Positions 63,006 to 64,000 of a DNA stretch of 64,000 bases are shown here, piece after piece. This DNA is from an uncultured Clostridia bacterium (GTDB taxonomy: Bacteria > Bacillota > Clostridia > Oscillospirales > Acutalibacteraceae), in NCBI GenBank assembly GCA_947589575.1, contig CANQBM010000008.1:918-64917 (forward strand). The letters are read 5' to 3'. Made by a program: the position numbers and the translations under genes. The notes beneath the pieces were generated by a model. It did no database searches and was not told the DNA's origin. It saw only the letters and a program-made list of their open reading frames with translations. Every line of letters starts with the position of its first letter. The first letter of the stretch is position 1.

Positions 63006-63090
63006 AATTTTATCCCTTTCTAAATCATTTGATACTATTAAGACAACTGAATATGTAATTCGGTTTTACCAATTTACAAATTTTTATTTT

Positions 63091-63229
63091 TGCGGGCTTT
63101 CTGCTCTGCTTTTCTGTTCTGCAAACAAGTGTTATCGCGCCGGCTGCCGTCTGCTTGCACGCGAATAACGAAACAGTCCGGCGGACTGTTTCTCGCCCTC
63201 GGCGCGAGAGTTCGAGTCTCTCCTTCTGC
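63091..63229. repeat. GC-rich multi-hairpin element ending in an inverted copy of the tRNA-Ser(GCT) 3' end
   Basis: GAAACAGTCC-GGC-GGACTGTTTC hairpin (63170-63192); GTTATCGCG/CGCGAATAAC stem; 63200-63229 is the exact reverse complement of 63279-63308. Confidence 0.8.
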
Positions 63230-63242
63230 AATTTAATAACAT

Positions 63243-63275
63243 AAAAAAAGGAACAGATAAATCTGTTCCTTTTTT
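63243..63275 (-). terminator. Terminator of tRNA-Ser(GCT)
   Basis: AAAAAAAGGAACAGAT-AA-ATCTGTTCCTTTTTT. Confidence 0.88.
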
Positions 63276-63365
63276 GGCGCAGAAGGAGAGACTCGAACTC
63301 TCGCGCCGGTTGCCCGACCTACGCCCTTAGCAGGGGCGCCTCGTCACCAACTTGAGTACTTCTGC
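63275..63365 (-). tRNA. tRNA-Ser(GCT)
   Basis: 91 nt; CGCCC-CT GCT AA-GGGCG; long variable arm; encoded CCA. Confidence 0.95.
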
Positions 63366-63422
63366 AAGCTGACGGGTTAAACCTGTCAAGTATTTAAAAA
63401 TGCACTTTGTTGTGCGAGTAAT

Positions 63423-63451
63423 ACTTTAACATAAGATCTTTAAATTGTCAA
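63423..63451 (-). promoter_or_regulatory. Sigma-A promoter of tRNA-Ser(GCT)
   Basis: TTGACA (63446-63451)-17 nt-TAAAGT with TGn extension. Confidence 0.7.
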
Positions 63452-63459
63452 TAGAAATA

Positions 63460-63999
63460 TTACATATGCGATTTAAAAAAACTTGCAATATCATCAATAT
63501 TTTTTTGTGCCGGCGGAATATGAGGCTCAATGACGCTGAACACATGAACAAGTTTTTTTCCGTTATACCTTTCTGTGTAATCGTGAAATTCGTTTTCTAC
63601 TCCGAGATTATTAAGAATATCACGCAGCTTATACGACTGTTTTCTTATGAAATCGCCTGACGAGGTGACTATATAAAACGGAGGCAGAGCGTTAGTTGCA
63701 AGATTTTCAAACTGCATAAGAAAATAATACGGCGACGATTTATGACTTGCAGTACCTAAAATTGAGGTCAAATTCACGTTCATCATTATATTGGGCGATA
63801 CCAAATCAATAGCGGGTGAGGTTGCGCATGCCGCTTTAAATTTCAGCTTATTCTCCGTTAAAAACAGCCTCTTGCGCAAATCATTGTCAGCGTTAATCTG
63901 TGCGGTAAGGCAGCAAAGCTGACCGCCCGCGCTGTCGCCTGTTATAAAAACATTTTTTCTGTCAATCGGATATTTTTCACAATTAATGTCAATCCATTT
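63460..63999 (-). CDS. Alpha/beta hydrolase (HSL-type esterase), 3' part, truncated by window edge
   Basis: Frame extends upstream of the track ORF: WIDINCEKYPIDRKNVFITGDSAGGQL (GDSAG nucleophile elbow); C-terminal HVF. Confidence 0.85.
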   Translation of the reverse strand, partial: KWIDINCEKYPIDRKNVFITGDSAGGQLCCLTAQINADNDLRKRLFLTENKLKFKAACATSPAIDLVSPNIMMNVNLTSILGTASHKSSPYYFLMQFENLATNALPPFYIVTSSGDFIRKQSYKLRDILNNLGVENEFHDYTERYNGKKLVHVFSVIEPHIPPAQKNIDDIASFFKSHM

Positions 64000-64000
64000 T

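Noticed and set aside
63025-63070. ECF-type promoter (AAAC-N17-TGTC) upstream of the islet's first gene, as a target of the tethered sigma
   Set aside because: A single short match, not repeated upstream of other islet genes; expected by chance.
63200-63229. The tRNA-like 30-mer as attR (direct repeat) of tRNA-Ser(TGA) at 58369-58457, defining an integrated island
   Set aside because: It is co-oriented with Ser(TGA) but matches it at only 23/30 positions, versus 30/30 to Ser(GCT); no integrase is present.
63025-63231. 68-aa minus-strand ORF across the hairpin element
   Set aside because: Arises from GC-rich palindromic DNA; no RBS, and the start lies in the tRNA-derived arm.
1-64000. CRISPR array, IS/transposase, integrase, prophage or rRNA genes
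   Set aside because: No regularly spaced repeats or diagnostic proteins were seen; the remaining short ORFs in the track overlap well-supported genes in other frames or strands.

Overview
Chromosomal segment of a low-GC Bacillota (Clostridia; gene order suggests Oscillospirales/Ruminococcaceae-like, by inference). It is mostly housekeeping: metA 3' end, spoIIAA-AB-sigF, valS (with Val T-box)-folC, uxaBA, DUF1292 plus 6S RNA, uppP, and a carboxyltransferase/biotin-carrier/OadA-like trio. A long minus-strand run follows (lipoprotein-RR-HK-DUF1385-prmC-S2P-scpAB-ytfIJ-dacB-rluB), then uvrB-MATE-uvrA, an FN3x6-CHAP hydrolase, a five-tRNA operon, a Zn-finger Clp ATPase, ecfAAT-truA, glmM, ruvCAB, ilvBN-leuCD, ychF and a sigH-like gene. 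No CRISPR array, IS, integrase or phage gene was seen. The most unusual part is the last 6 kb: a four-gene AT-rich islet between two convergent tRNA-Ser genes, including an ECF-type sigma factor fused to a transmembrane helix and a DUF5050-like propeller. Next to it is a GC-rich hairpin element ending in a perfect 30-bp inverted copy of the 3' end of the adjacent tRNA-Ser(GCT). A promoter-RBS-terminator unit with only a 15-codon ORF lies at about 9.3-9.8 kb. All domain calls are from motif recognition; no database searches were run.
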